From contig MU006097.1 in NCBI GenBank assembly GCA_010093705.1, forward strand, positions 507,905-571,904: a stretch of 64,000 nt of DNA. The letters run 5' to 3'. This stretch comes from Patellaria atrata CBS 101060. Taxonomy: Eukaryota. The notes below the pieces were generated by a model, which was not told where the DNA came from, did not search any database, and was given only the letters and a program-made list of their open reading frames with translations. Each line of letters opens with the position of its first letter. Within the stretch, counting starts at the first letter, position 1. Shown piece by piece: positions 24,072-36,472 of this stretch. Both the position numbers and the translations under genes were made by a program.

Positions 24072-25500
24072 ATGAACCTCATGAGTCTACCCTACGAAAT
24101 ACGCCAAAATATCTTCAAGCAAGCTGGATTGTTACGCGCGTGCACAATTAACTTCGAAGCTGAAACGAAACGCTCAACTTTGGCTTAATGTGCTGCCTTA
24201 CGATGTGGATCCTGACGCATTTTGCACGTGCATCCCCCGTTATGTTGAGAATGAGGAATATATCACAACCAACCAAGGTTTATACTGCCTACATCCTCCA
24301 GTTCCGACATCCCTGTTCTTGGTTTGCAAAGCCCTATACCATGAATGCACGAAAACTTTCTACACGAGGAACTTGTTTGCACTTGACCTATCCAGCCGTC
24401 AATGCCGCAACAATTTCTCTCTCCTGTCCGATCACTCGGTGTCGCTTATCAGAAATCTATACGTAATTTTGCTCCCGGATAACGTCGAATATAGAGAGAC
24501 ATATATGACTAATGAGAGCTGTAAGATTGGTGACTATCGAAACCTTTTGGAACTCTGGGATAGCTTTTCTGCCATTCTTGCACCTCGACTGGCTCTAATG
24601 ACCCTGAGCCTTACGGTTCATGGACTAATGCACGAACTACATCTTACAGAAGTTGTACAGAAGAGTTTGGTACACCTGATGCATTTAAGAGCGTTTTATG
24701 TCAATGTTGGAGACTATACCAAAATACAAAGCTTTAGCCCTAGCTTTAAAACACTTCATTGACGCAAACAGAGTGGACAGGCAACAAAATTTAGGGCGAC
24801 TACAACGAAAGCTTCCATCAACAGGGGTATTGAGCGCCTTAATGGACGGCCGCGGCTAGGCAAATACTTACGTGGGTGTTGTGGAAACTGTGAGCCGGTT
24901 CCCAATATATACTGTTCTTGGTGTAATCATAAGAATAGAGCACACTTCTCTAGCACCTGCACTTATAATATACTACCTGACTTACCCGACCAGATATTCC
25001 TCGTCAGCCGTTTCTGTATATGCTTTCGCAGAAGAGACTTTTTATGCTTCTAATAAGTTTTTTATTCGAAAGGGATCAGTTCGGGACACCAAAGAAGCTA
25101 TTACGAAGATAAAGGCAGAATTATTTTCGAGTATTAGGCGCCTTTGTATTAATATTAGTGGTATATGTATGAACTTTGTGGGAGACGAAGTCTATTTCGT
25201 CAGGGCGGCTCTCCTATTTCTCTTGAATACACCTTACAGTGTTACCGCGAACTTCTTTAACTCATTTTTCAACGCGCCCATCCGAACATAGAAATAACCT
25301 TATTTGACTGTGGTTTTTACCCAGAGCTCGGGCGGCCGAGAGTCTCCCAGCCGCGGTTCAGAGTTTAGGATTCAAACAGGTCACGCTCCTAATGCTCGAC
25401 TCCAACTCCAGTCGCATTCTCTCTTCTCATCGGTCTACGATCCTACTTATTGGAAATCAAGAGATCTAATCATCTCGAAATGGAACTCGGAAGTAAACCA
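24072..25500 (+). pseudogene. Decayed F-box-like fungal hypothetical gene
   Basis: MNLMSLPYEIRQNIFKQAGL ends at a stop after 38 aa. It continues in other frames (PTSLFLVCKALYHECTKTFYTRNLF; AEETFYASNKF) with stops and frameshifts. Confidence 0.55.
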
Positions 25501-26469
25501 GTAGATCGAACAAGAGCCACCAAGCTGACCATAGCAAGAGAGCAGGGTCTTTCCTTGAGTTACATGCGATTAAGTTACTTTGTGGAAGGGAGAAACTATT
25601 TTCTGGAGATAGTAGCTTATTAGCCGCTGGAGGTGCTATCTTAGTACTAGACTATGGAGACGCGATGGTTCTCTGAATTTGTCGCTCAGTGATCATAAAA
25701 GTCGTCATATCCGCTCAACCCAATCTGTAAGGTAGCAAGTAACTTCCACATAGGCTTTGCCAGAGCAAACCTTTCTCTCAACTTAGTAAATGGGATTGAC
25801 TTCCGCCATGTGTCCCGGATATCTGGATTGCTAGATTGGCAAGGAAGGGGTACTCCGTGGTATTATCTTCGTTTTCTCAATATCTCTTCCTACTTCCTAC
25901 TGTACGATTTTTTGTACTCATAATGGTTTAGATCGAACTTTTGTTCCCGGTTCGATTTCACTGGTCTATTCACAATGGCATACTTCCAATTTTCGTCCCT
26001 AAAGCAATATCTTATTACTGTACAATGAAGTCGGAGGTACAGGGCAATAAACGTACCGCAAGACGTGAGCACCACAGAAATAGATACGTCCAAAAGTTAG
26101 TTTTGTAATCTAATAATTTCTTCGATTATTATATCCCTTAGCTATTCACTATTCACTATTCACTACCTACACTAATTAATGGTCTGACTAAACAAAAGAA
26201 AATTGTGTTTTGCGAATCTAAGATCTGAGATTTCCATCGGAGGAGTATACCATCTAGAACCAGCCACCATCACATACTACCAATCATACAAAGTACCTCA
26301 TAAAAGATGAAAGAAAGACTCATGGCCTTTTAAAGCTGTACGAAATATTCCCTCCGAAGTGACCCACATACAATCCCAATGGCACGTATGCCACAGGATG
26401 GAAGAAGCACTATAGCTACAAGAACAAAAGCGCCACACATTAAGCAAACCGATTACCAACCCATATGAT

Positions 26470-29400
26470 TTAATCTCCGAGGACACTTTCTACCTCGTCC
26501 TCAGCCGGCACATCCGTTTCATTCTCCCTACTCTCCCGTTCCTCCTCCTCCCTCCGCTGATCCTCCTCAGCATCCACCTCCTCCAGCCTCTCGTCGCCCT
26601 CGCCCATCTCCTCATCCTCGTCATCATCCTCAACCACAATCTCCTTACTCTTAGCAATTTTCCCCGCATCACCCTTCCTCCCCTTCTCCTTCTGCCCTTT
26701 CTTAGCTCTAGAATTCGATTTCTTCTCCCACTCCAATGCACTGACAACTTCCCTCCAATTGGAGCCCAACAGCCCTTTATTTCTTTCCAGTCTGGGCCTC
26801 CAGTTTTCGTCCACGACGCCTGCGGTGACGCCCAGCACCATGCGCGCACCCAACTCGCAGAGGCGTTGTTCCGCGAGCAACACGCCTTGCTGTTTCTCGA
26901 CCCATCCTTCCTCTTCCTCGTCCGAGGAAGCGGGTTCGTCGTCTGGGTCCAGCGGCTCGTCACCAGGGTCGATCAAGGCGTCAAGTTTCTTCCGCAGCCG
27001 TTTGGCATATGCTTTTTCTGCGGCTGCGAGGACGGAGAGGAGGGTTTTCTGTGCGCGATCTGGGATGGGTTGGATAAGCTCCTTGAACAGCTCTGTGCTA
27101 TCTTGTTCCCTTTCCTGTGATTTTCCCTGTTTCCTCTTTGGCTGTGCGTACCGTAATGTCGAGAACAGACAATGTAGATCCATCAATACACCCGCGACTG
27201 TCAACCGGACTTCGTCAGCGCCGTGGAGCGCGTCGAGAACATGGGTAAGCACAGCGACGAATGTGTCTCGGTGCATAGCGAGGGACTCGATGGAGCGCGA
27301 TGAGTGAGCCGGTTGGGTGGAGTCGATGAGCGCGGCTTGGATCCCTTGCACTTTCCAGATGAAGTAGAAGAGGAGAGCATTGGCAGCATTGGTAACGAGG
27401 ACGTCTTCTTGCGCATCTTTGTCGGGGTCGAGGTTGTCGGTGGGGCTACCCCTGTAGATGAGGTCGATGAGGAGGTTGATGCCGGGCTGCGGTTGTTGGG
27501 ATTGAGATTTTGATTTCTGCTTGGTGCGCGCAGCGGGGATAGCTTCAAGGGCTTCCGTATTATTAGAGATACGGCTGAGGTTATGGATGCGAAGGACAGT
27601 GTTAGAGACGCCGGTGAGGACATTCGTCCCCAGGCTGCCACGAGTGCGGAAGTCCTTGTCGCGGTGGAGGGTGTGCAGCGCGTTCATGGTATCATCCCAG
27701 AGCGCTTGTAGCTTTTCTTCTGTCACTTCGCCGAGCTGCTCGAAGCCTTTGGCGTGGAGGAGGGCGACGCCGGCTTCTTGTATCACACGCGAGCTGCCGT
27801 GGGTTAGGAATTGAGCGTTGATGTCATCAAGGAGTGCTTTTAAAGTGGCTGAGTCCTCTCTGAGCTCTTGAAAGACTTCGAGATTGAGGACGTGGACGAG
27901 CCGAAGGACTGAAGCTGCGGCGTCGGGTAAGGCGCCAAACTTCTTCAGAAGGCGAGGGATAATGGCGGCAAGGTGGCGAGCTGCCTCTTCCTGCTCTTCT
28001 TGTAGCTGTTCTTTTTGAGCCTTTGTCTTTTTGACTTTCTTATCAGTTGCAGCTTCCCTTGCTTCCTGCAGCTTTAGGGATACCGTGGCATTGAGGATCT
28101 CAAGGAGCAAAATTTCTTCCTTCTCGTTCAATGTGCAAACCTGTTTTAGTAAGGATTCGGGGTCATCGCTGAAACCATTCTGTGCGGTTTGAGAGTGGTC
28201 AAACAATAGATATCCCGCGATGTTTTCCCACTCCCTAAGCTCTGACATCTGGTTATATAACGCCGCGGCTGCAGTTGAGAAGCGTGATTCGATGCCAGCG
28301 GCAACGAGATACGTAACACCTCCCCAATTCTCGATCTCACTCGGCAATGCTTCACCGTCTGCATCATAGTTATCGAAAATCTCTACCAGTGATTTAAGCT
28401 TCACCCATGCAAGCCTTGGGCTTTCGAAGTCTTCATCAGCCACGGTGTTGAGCGCTTCGTTCAATGCTTCTTGTCCGCCAATATCTTCGACGTGAGCTTC
28501 GTATGCGTCGTTGACATTTTCTGCGAAGAAAGGGACGACTGCCTTCCGGACCTTGGGTTCTGAGTCGAAAATCAGTCTACCGACCTCATCGATGTCGTCT
28601 GGTTCTAGCAGACCAACATCTCGTAGGGTGTCGAGGAGTTCCACTGTTGCCGCTCGAACATTGGCGTCCATATCCCTGGTAGCCATTTCCACCATTCTGG
28701 GTCGAAATCTTTCCGTGAAGGTCTTGAGACCAGCAAGCTTATTTTTATCTTTGAACAGCCTTTGTAATTGCCTAATACATTCTAGGCGTGTTTGTGCGTG
28801 ATGATCTGAGAGAACCCAACCCAAGTATCGCAGATGCTCACCGTCGAGCAGTAGGTCTGGGTACGCAATAATCCACTCACTCAGACCCTGTACACAGTCG
28901 ACTCGTATCCTGGGGTCAACATCTCTATATCGATGAACAAACACCGTATCTATCCAATCCTTGATGATAGCGTTGATACTTTCCTGCTTCTCGGCTTGTT
29001 CTTTGGCTTTCTCTTCCAGCTCTCGACTCCTTCCTGCTTTTGCTTTCTTTTTCTGTCCTTCAGAGAATCTGAGATTGGTGGCAATATCTTGGGCAATATC
29101 TCCTCCGATTTCGCAAAGAGAGCTGACAATAGCTAAAGATACGACTGTGGAAGTGTGCCGAAATGGTCGGTTTGCCGCAGATGACATGGTACTTATCCAC
29201 ACCTGTATATTCTCCATCAATTCTATGTGAGTAAACAAAAGTCCAGACTTAGATATTGTTTGGATTAAGGAGTCAAAGAACCCTGTTACTGATGTCTTGA
29301 AAGATACACCTGACCTTCCTTTGGCTATAAGCGGATAGTCTGTGATATGTTGCTACGTTTCAATTAGCAAGATTTCAACATAAGGATTGCAAGGACTTAC

Positions 29401-30115
29401 AGCTTGATATTCCTCTTGTAAATCTAACAGTTTGCTCATTGCACTATCTGGGTCTGCGACATCATTCTCGTCAATGCTACCGTCACTTCCAGAAGCTCTT
29501 ATGACGAAATTGACAAGAGACGCGATCGCCCTCGCTTCGTGCTGTTCAAATTCTGCAAGCCATTGTGCAGCAACGTCGTCAAGAGTATGGCCGCGAGCAA
29601 AGACTTCAGCTGTAGAGATATTGATATTAGCGTTCCAGCCCTTCAAAAATGCCAAATGCGCACTTACCAAAAAGTCCACCAGCTTCCTCAGCAGCCCCAT
29701 CGTTCAGCGGTTTCGCCTTCTTTGGCCTCGGTTTATTCGCCGCTTTTGAGCCCGCCGGTTTACTCACAGGTCTGATCGCCAGGCTAACAGTCTCCCCATT
29801 CGTCTTTGTCTTCTTTGGTGCAGGTTTCTTGGAAGGAGGTTTCGGACGACTTCGCGCCTTTCTCCTCTTTTCTCTCAGCTCTTCCTCATCCGGTTCACCC
29901 TCTTCACTCTCTTCAACAGGTTCTTCCTCATCGTCTTCGGCCTCTTCATCTTCACTTTCCTCGGCACCATCGCGTTTGCGCTTCGTGCTGCCCGCTGGAC
30001 TCGACGCGGCATAGACTTGTGGTTTACGCACGACCCGGGCAGATTTACGACGCGTAGCGGTAGATTGCGCGTCAGGTTCGCTTGAGAGCTCCATACTGGA
30101 GTTTCGGGCGGGCAT
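26470..30115 (-). CDS. SCC3: Cohesin subunit Scc3/Psc3 (STAG domain); introns 29667-29610 and 29400-29353; alternative start at 30094
   Basis: STAG-domain motifs RPFRHTST, VFVHRYRDVDPRIR, LRYLGWVLSD and FTERFRPRMVEMATRD. Acidic and basic disordered termini. Confidence 0.93.
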
Positions 30116-30159
30116 ATAATGTTGTGGTGGTACTTCGCAGAGATATGGTCGTCGCAACG

Positions 30160-30165
30160 ACGCGT
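30160..30165. promoter_or_regulatory. MCB-like element ACGCGT (within palindrome CGACGCGTCG) just upstream of SCC3
   Basis: Exact ACGCGT. Cohesin genes are G1/S MBF targets in yeasts. Confidence 0.35.
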
Positions 30166-30887
30166 CGTAGATATTGAGGGACAAAATGAGTGATAGTTAT
30201 AAAGTCGACCACAGGGGGTTAGGACAGGTCGCTTGACAACCGGGTTAGTCAGGGAGCGCGATGTTTTGGAATACTGTTAAAGCTCAACACAGTATTTTTC
30301 TTTCAATGCAAAAGAAAATTGAAGTATTTAGAAGCGCGGTTGGAGACGTTAAGCTGGTGTCACTGGTACGTCCAATAAAGTTGTTGTTCGTTCGACGGCC
30401 AGGCTCGGTGATGCCCCGCCAAATCGCCAAAACTCAGCCAGCTCATTCTCGTCCTCTCCCACAACTGTGTACTGTACCTGTAACTTACAATTGATAGATT
30501 CATCATTAAACACTACAATCCGCGCGAGTTATGAGCCTATGCGAGTCGACTCTAAGGAGCCTGGGACGGGACACTGTCACCGCTCTTATGTATTCGTATG
30601 TACCTACGGGATGTCGATATTTCCTAGTTGGGAGCCGGCGGGAAGTAATTGATTGCATCTAGCATTCTAGGCTGTCTTGCCCTACATATGCTATACACAC
30701 AAGGTTGAAGCCACCAACCCTAGCCCTATGCAGGAGACGGTACCTATTGATACTCCAAGTAGAGAGGAGCTGATCGCATTTGATATGCCCCGCCAGCCCC
30801 TCATGATGGTTTCTTTTGTCACTTCTTGTAGATTATCATATCTTTATTGTCTATTCTTTAATCTCTAAGTCTCAGTCAATATTCATT

Positions 30888-32817
30888 ATGTCTCGTTCGA
30901 CCACAGTAGATGACTTCTGCGCCCGTAAGTTTGATTATGTGATATGCGGCGGTGGGACGGCTGGATTGGTTGTTGCCGCTCGTCTCAGTCAAGATTCCAA
31001 TATTCAGGTTGGCGTGCTAGAAGCTGGAACCGATGGTATAGATGACCCGATTATCTATGTTCCTGGTCGATTCGGAGAGGCAATAGGAACCAAGTATGAT
31101 TGGGCTTGGAAGACCGTCCCTCAGCCAGGCCTCGGAGGACGTCAGCTTGACTACGCTAGGGGTAAAGTCCTGGGTGGAAGTAGCGCCATCAATTTCTTTA
31201 CTTGGATGCGAGGAAATCGCGAAGATTATGATGCGTGGGAAGAGTTAGGAAACGAGGGTTGGGGGTGGGAGAGCTTGCTGTGAGTTACCCCTTTTTGTGA
31301 GATCAAATAAGCATTCAGCTAACCAGTAGTCAGACCTTTCTTCAAGATGGCTGAGAAATTACATGCTCCAGATGCTGAGCTTGCAAAACAACACAATATT
31401 GATGTTGATCCAAGCAGTCATGGTGAAAATGGTCCAATCCAGACAGTTTACTCGCGAGAGCACGGTGGCTCCCATAAATTTTGGCATGAGACAATGCAGA
31501 ATCTTGGAGCTGAGCGTAGACCGACGTTCAACGGCTCGAATGTGGGCGTTTGGACAGCTTTGACTTCCGTGGACCCAACTACCTGGAGAAGGTCATACGC
31601 AGGATCTGCTTACTATCTACCAAACGCGTCACGAAGCAACCTTGCTGTATTATGCAATGCTATGGTAAGAGGTGTGGTACTAGAAGGACACGGTGACAAT
31701 GTAGTCGCCACCGGCGTCAGGTTTGCTTATGGTGGGCAAGAATATACCGTACAAGCAAAAGCTGAAGTTATCGTCTGCGGTGGAAGTATCAACTCCCCCC
31801 AAATTCTCGAACTCTCTGGCATAGGTGACCCAAATGTACTCAATGCTGCTGGTATCCCGGTAAAGGTTGAGAATCCTAATGTTGGAGAGAACCTTCAAGA
31901 TCGACTCAGTGAGTTTAACATTAAACATTGAAATCAGTACTGAGACTGACGATTTTATAGTGACTTGTGCGGTATTTGAGATCGACCCGACAATACAAAC
32001 GAGAGAAGATCTGATAAAGGACCCAGGATTAAGCAAAGCCGCAGCTTTAGAATATGAACAAACCAAATCTGGGCCGCTTACAGTATTGCCATGTTCAATG
32101 TCGTACTTACCTTTAACCTTCATGATGTCCCCAGAGGAGATTACGGTCATAGCTAAGAAAGCACTTGGAGCACTTGACAATCGGCAGCAGATACTTCTAC
32201 GAAAGCTGACTTCAGAGAAACCATTAGGTCAGATCGAATTTGTGTTCGATGCGAACAACTGGTACCCCGTCTTCCCACAAGAACCAGGAAAAAAATACGG
32301 CACCATCCTACAGATGTTACAATATCCTTTCACTAGAGGCTCCATCCACATACCACCAGCTGCACCGGGGAGAACCACTACATCAGATGACGGATTGGTA
32401 ATCGACCCTCGATACTACCAAGACGACGGCGAACTGGATTTTGCTGTGTTCAAGGCCACGCAAGCTTTTGCAGACAAGATCCCACGCACAGAGCCTCTGT
32501 CGAGTATTGTCAGAGAACGCGTCTGGCCACCTCCAAGCGTGGATCTAACCGAAAAAGAAGACTTTACGAACTATATCAGAGACCACACAATCTCTGACTG
32601 GCATCCGGTGGGTACCTGCGCAATGGGCGGAAAGAACGGAAAGAGCGCAGGGGTCGTCGACGAAAGATTACGCGTGTACGGCGTGAAGAGAATGAGAGTT
32701 ATCGACGCAAGTATCATGCCTCTACAGATCAGTGCACATTTACAGGCTACTGTGTACGCGATTGCGGAGAAAGGTGCTAGCATGATATTGGAAGGTCGAG
32801 TTAAGGGAGGGGATTGA
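30888..32817 (+). CDS. GMC oxidoreductase (AA3-like), no signal peptide; introns 31280-31333 and 31909-31960
   Basis: FDYVICGGGTAGLVVAARL, RGKVLGGSSAIN, GGSINSPQILELSGIG, WHPVGTCAMG, and VIDASIMPLQISAHLQATVYAIAEK (His/His catalytic pair). Confidence 0.93.
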
Positions 32818-33393
32818 ATATCTAAAGGGTGGGTTTTTGGGTGGATATCGTGTCTAAGAGACGACATCCCATTTCACTGGACAGTGTCATCGTCCTGCTG
32901 GAAGGTGTAGGAAACCGATGGTCTCTGTTATTGGAGTATCTAAGTTATCCATAAAAGAAAACGGTCGTGTAGATGAATTTCAAAGATTTTTAACATGCAA
33001 AGCTAGGCTCCGCCAACGTAATAGTTCTAACCCAAAAACGCTATATCAGGAGCAGATTGTTCAACAATTCTTTTATTAACAGCTTTGGGAAACATTGTTT
33101 CTGAGGCGGACTAATTCCGCTCCTTCGGTGGAACGGATCTTAATTAGATCAACTACATTCATCAGAAGTCAGTTACAACCCATCAACATGTATATCTCAT
33201 GTCGAAGGTCTCAAAAACCTGAATTACTTCAGTGGTGTCCCTTTGCTTTAAGAGGTAACGGGAGGTGGTCACCGCATGTGGCTGAGCGTCCATGCAGATG
33301 ATTTGACTCATCTCACCAACATGACATGTTAAAGGAAGGCATAGAGCCATCTTAGAGCTTTATTCCCGCAGTAACTGCATTAAATTTAACCCT

Positions 33394-34735
33394 ATGAAAC
33401 GAATAGCGCACCTTGAAGGAACTACGCTCGAAGGCGGAGGACAACTTCTTCGACTCTCCCTTGGTCTGTCCGCGCTAACCGGAATTCCACTGCGTATCGA
33501 TAATATCAGAGGAAGACGAAGTGGTGGCGGTGGCCTAAAACATCAACATCTCACAGGAGTCAATTGGCTTGCTAAAGCATGTTCCGCGGAGACGGTGGGC
33601 GCTGAGCATAAGAGTAAGATTCTGGAGTTTACGCCGAAGCGGATGGTTGATGTACGGTACCATACGAGACGATAGAATATGGAGGCATTGCTAATTACTA
33701 TATCAGTCCCAGCCAGACTTATACCGTGAACGTGTTTTACTCGATGGCTCACGGATTGTGGAGTGTACCATCTCTCAAAACACCCCAGGGGCCATAGGTC
33801 TAGTGTTCCAAGCTGTTCTACCTTTCATCCTGTTCTCGGGGCAGCATTTATCATCCGCGGATGGTATCCCAAACCCGCCCAAGTATGTACGACTAACCAT
33901 AACCGGGGGTACAAATGTATCCATGAGCCCATCGTACGAGTACATCTCCCAAGTCCTCCTTCCGACGCTTTCCCTCATTGGTCTCCCCACCATTCGTCCG
34001 AGACTCATCAGCCGTGGCTGGAGTACCGGAAGAGTATCCCTCGGCGAGATACAATTCGAAATCGAGCCGCTTCCACCTAACAAACCCTTCCCAGCCTTCA
34101 ACCTCGAAAACCGAGGTGAAATCACCGACATCAAAGCCACATTTCTCGTCCCACCAGTATGCGAGACACATGCACGCGAAGAACTCAAGTCCACGATCCG
34201 CTCCAGACTAGGAAAACTCCTCCAAAACCCCCAAGGCCAAGTAAACATCAGCGTCTCCTTCGAAGACTCCGGCCATCCCAAACGCCTCTATCTTCTTCTA
34301 GTCGCAACGACTAGTAACGGACACGAGCTCGGGAGAGATTGGCTCTACGACGGCAAGCTCAAGGGGGTAGATACCTCTACCGAAGCGCTCTTCGTTGCGG
34401 CCTCCCGGCTTGTCAGTCGTGTTGTCGGTGATCTAGCGACGGAGCTCTCGCACGGTGGCTGCGTGGATGAATACATGCGGGACCAGATTGTCGTGTTTCA
34501 GGCATTGGCTGAGGGCGTTAGTCACGTGGATGTCGGGAAAATGGAGGATGGGAGGAGTGTGAAGCCGAGTCTGCATACGCGGACTGCGTGGTGGGTAGCG
34601 GAGCAGATGCTTGGGACGACGTTTGATGGGGATGGGAAGGTAGAGGGGGTTGGATTTGTTATGGATCAGAAGGGTGGAAGACATTTGGAGGAGGATGTTG
34701 CTGGGGAGATGGAGTCGCTTAGTCTTTCTTGGTAA
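33394..34735 (+). CDS. rtcA: RNA 3'-terminal phosphate cyclase, RtcA-type; intron 33652-33706
   Basis: EGGGQLLRLSLGLSALTG, IRGRR, GLKHQH, ITGGTNV, CVDEYMRDQ and SLHTRT (His at the position of the adenylated His of RtcA). Confidence 0.85.
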
Positions 34736-34897
34736 GGGGGGAGAGGGGGTAAGGGGTGGAGGTCTGGGACTGTGCGTTTCCGTACAGCTTCCCTTATTGT
34801 ACCATTCCTAGCCTATGTACGCTCACTCTTAAAGAGGTGTCGAATTTTACTATACGGGGGACAGAAAATTTAAATTGATACAAAGAGCCTTCGATTG

Positions 34898-35233
34898 TGC
34901 GTACGAGCCCACGCATCACATTATTTCGACTACCCAATTAAGTAATGTGTTTACAACTCCCGTAGACGTTCGATGAGATTCACCCCCACACGTTGTTTCC
35001 TTTCTAGGAAGTATTTCCCGCGTGTCGGCTTTGCTATTCACGTGGTAAATCAGGGGGCGTTTGCCGTCGCGTCTGACACCGACTACTGTTTCCGGTAATA
35101 TGTTTACTGAAATTGTGAACACGCGGACTTTTCGTGGTAATGGTGCTTGAAACTTGGTTATCTTCTAGATCACGCCTTGCAAGCGGGTGTTCAGCAAGCC
35201 TACGGAGGTTGAGCAGTGTCAGCCGTCACAAGA
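34898..35233 (+). ncRNA. Candidate structured non-coding RNA (possible H/ACA-type) between convergent rtcA and fRMsr
   Basis: Several stems contain G-U pairs that work only on the plus strand. A ~155-nt nested rod at 35069-35226 is followed by ACA at 35228-35230. Confidence 0.45.
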
Positions 35234-35296
35234 GAGGAAAGTATTGATTTATCTAAGGATCTTGAATTGATCGACTCTTTCAAGAGGCAATATCAA

Positions 35297-36134
35297 TCAC
35301 GCGTGTAACCTATCCAAAGTAAAGGGAAAAACGCTACTCTTACTGATCAAATCGCACAACTTCTCAAGCTCCGCCTGATCTTCCTCGTCGAACCCATCCA
35401 CCTCCGCACAATCGATATCCAAAATAGCTACAACCTAAGCCATTATCAGCGTCGATAACCGCACCATGAGAAGACAATAACCAAAGAAGTACACAAAACT
35501 AACAAAACAAAAATTGAACAGTGATAACCGAAAACTTAACCTACCTTCCCTAATTGATCAATCGGCACAACAATCTCACTTCTACTCGCCCCATCGCACG
35601 CAATATGTCCCGGAAACGCCTCTACGTCCCCCACGAGTTGCGTCTTCCCACTCTGCGCCGCAGTCCCGCATACGCCTTTGCCGAACTCAATGGTCTGACA
35701 CGCAACGTGGCCCTGAAAGGGGCCGAGGATAAGTTGCTTCGGTCTAGCGGGGTCCACGAAGTAAAACCCGCACCAATTGACTGCTGAAGAGGGGAGAGGT
35801 AAGGAACGTAGAGCATGATGTAGAAGAGAGGAGGCATTGGAGAGGTTGCTGTTCGGCCGAAAAGGGGGGCAGTCAGGGGAATCGCTTCTTTTTGGGTGGG
35901 GAGAGCGGGGATTTACCAGACCTGGAAATGGGAAATCTGGGTCAGGGATGCGAGGTTGGGACGTGGTTCGTTTGCTTACCCAGTTGCTTTGGCCTTCGAA
36001 TAGGGCTTCCGCTTGCTCGAGCACGCGGGCGTAGACCTCCTTTTTGCTGAGGTTGGAGGAGAAGGTGGATGCGTCGGCGTGAACCTGGGATTGATTGGTT
36101 TGATGCATCTGCTCGGAATCTTGGGACTTACCAT
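35297..36134 (-). CDS. msrC: Free methionine-(R)-sulfoxide reductase (fRMsr/MsrC, GAF fold); ATG-only first coding exon and a 5-nt microexon at 35921-35917
   Basis: The spliced product contains NWVCNLSNASSL, VNWCGFY, LGPFQGHVAC, GKGVCGTAA, FPGHIACDGASRSEIVVP and ILDIDC, matching the yeast YKL069W family. Confidence 0.92.
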
Positions 36135-36472
36135 CTTGTTTACTTATCTAAATTGCTATTAAAAAGAACAAAAGTTCCAATTCAATTGATTGAAGATTGA
36201 GTGGACGAAGTATTGAGAAAGGAAAAGATTCCGGGATGGCATCACCGGATCGGATTTTCGGTGTTTCGATAATCACGAACTTCGGTGATAAGTAATGTAT
36301 ATACGTCAATATAAGAATTAAAAACCCATCTATCAAGCTTTATTTATAGGACTCAAATACACTCAAATTTGTAATTCAAGGGATTATTACCCTGATAAGT
36401 GCAGTCACATGATGCGCGCCAATATCGTGTTTCCAGTCGCGCTTTCACGCGATCCCCCAAACCGTAGACATA

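Noticed and set aside
34900..35240. Assignment of the structured region to RNase MRP/P, SRP RNA, U3 or snR30
   Set aside because: Only partial, inconsistently oriented motif resemblances were seen; the required boxes and pairings could not be completed by eye.
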